A stretch of DNA of 64,000 nt. It comes from a virus. Taxonomy: Duplodnaviria; Caudoviricetes. Of this stretch, positions 63,642 to 64,000 are shown in pieces. Under the pieces are notes generated by a model. The model saw only the letters and a program-made list of their open reading frames with translations. It made no database searches and was not told the DNA's origin. The DNA is taken from the IMG/VR virus record IMGVR_UViG_3300049141_000098, positions 1-64,000 of that record. One strand, given 5' to 3'. The translations under genes were made by a program, and so were the position numbers. Position 1 is the stretch's first letter. Each line of letters opens with the position of its first letter.

Positions 63642-64000
63642 CTAACGCTTCACCTCGGCGTAATAGGCCTTGGGTGGTCCGGCGGTGTACTCCGAGATCG
63701 GGGCGAGCACAACCCGCTTGCCTCGGTAACTGCCGGAGTTGGCGTTCCACATCCAGCCCTTGCCATCCTTCCAGCCCGCATAGATGCCGACGTGGTAGAT
63801 CGAGCGGGAGGAGGTGCCGATGAAGACCAAGTCGCCCACCTTGCGGCTGGAGGCGTTGACCTTGGCGAGCTTGTCGTACTGCCCCTGCGCGGTGCGCGGC
63901 AGCGTCCTGCCGTGGCGCTTATAGGAGTAGTAGATGAGGCCTGAGCAGTCGAAGGCGTCGGGGCCCGCCGCCTTGGGGCGATAGGGGTCGTTCTTCTGGG
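63642..64000 (-). CDS. Second NlpC/P60 protein (5' end outside the window)
   Basis: 'GPDAFDCSGLIYYSY', 'LPRTAQGQY', 'GDLVF' and 'YHVGIYAG'. Confidence 0.85.
   Translation of the reverse strand, partial: QKNDPYRPKAAGPDAFDCSGLIYYSYKRHGRTLPRTAQGQYDKLAKVNASSRKVGDLVFIGTSSRSIYHVGIYAGWKDGKGWMWNANSGSYRGKRVVLAPISEYTAGPPKAYYAEVKR

Noticed and set aside
1-64000. tRNA, rRNA, CRISPR arrays, integrase, transposase, reverse transcriptase
   Set aside because: No supporting motifs seen by eye; tRNAscan, Infernal and HMM searches would be needed to exclude them formally.

Overview
GC-rich window, most likely part of a temperate siphovirus or plasmid-phage of Streptomyces or a close actinomycete (host inferred from the dnaE type, the regulator family and codon usage). 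The + strand from 0.6 to 23 kb holds a head-tail and tail module: stopper, neck, terminator, tail tube, frameshifted chaperone, 1749-aa tape measure, Dit-like and large minor tail proteins. Two glycosyltransferase genes sit inside this module, and a roughly 6.6-kb cassette splits it (MurG-like GT28, DegT aminotransferase, ATP-grasp ligase, dTDP-glucose 4,6-dehydratase, HTH/TPR regulator). The - strand from 23 to 48 kb holds replication and recombination genes: RuvC-like resolvase, PolA, primase-helicase, RecT-like protein, Cas4-like exonuclease with a class 3 intein, DnaE and UvrD. Two more glycosyltransferases lie in this part, one of them on the + strand. From 49 to 64 kb the genes look like a plasmid maintenance and transfer region: RHH protein, RelE-like toxin pair, NlpC/P60 and SLT wall hydrolases, membrane and Spd-like proteins, GntR-UTRA repressor and a stand-alone RNA polymerase alpha-CTD-like protein. 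A palindrome, GGCCTAGGCC, recurs at seven promoter or intergenic sites. Best candidates for a new system are (1) a five-glycosyltransferase plus amino-sugar pathway that may glycosylate the virion or the host envelope and (2) a GntR regulon linking phage replication genes with transfer genes. I saw no integrase, CRISPR array, tRNA or rRNA. All family assignments come from motifs read by eye, not from database searches.
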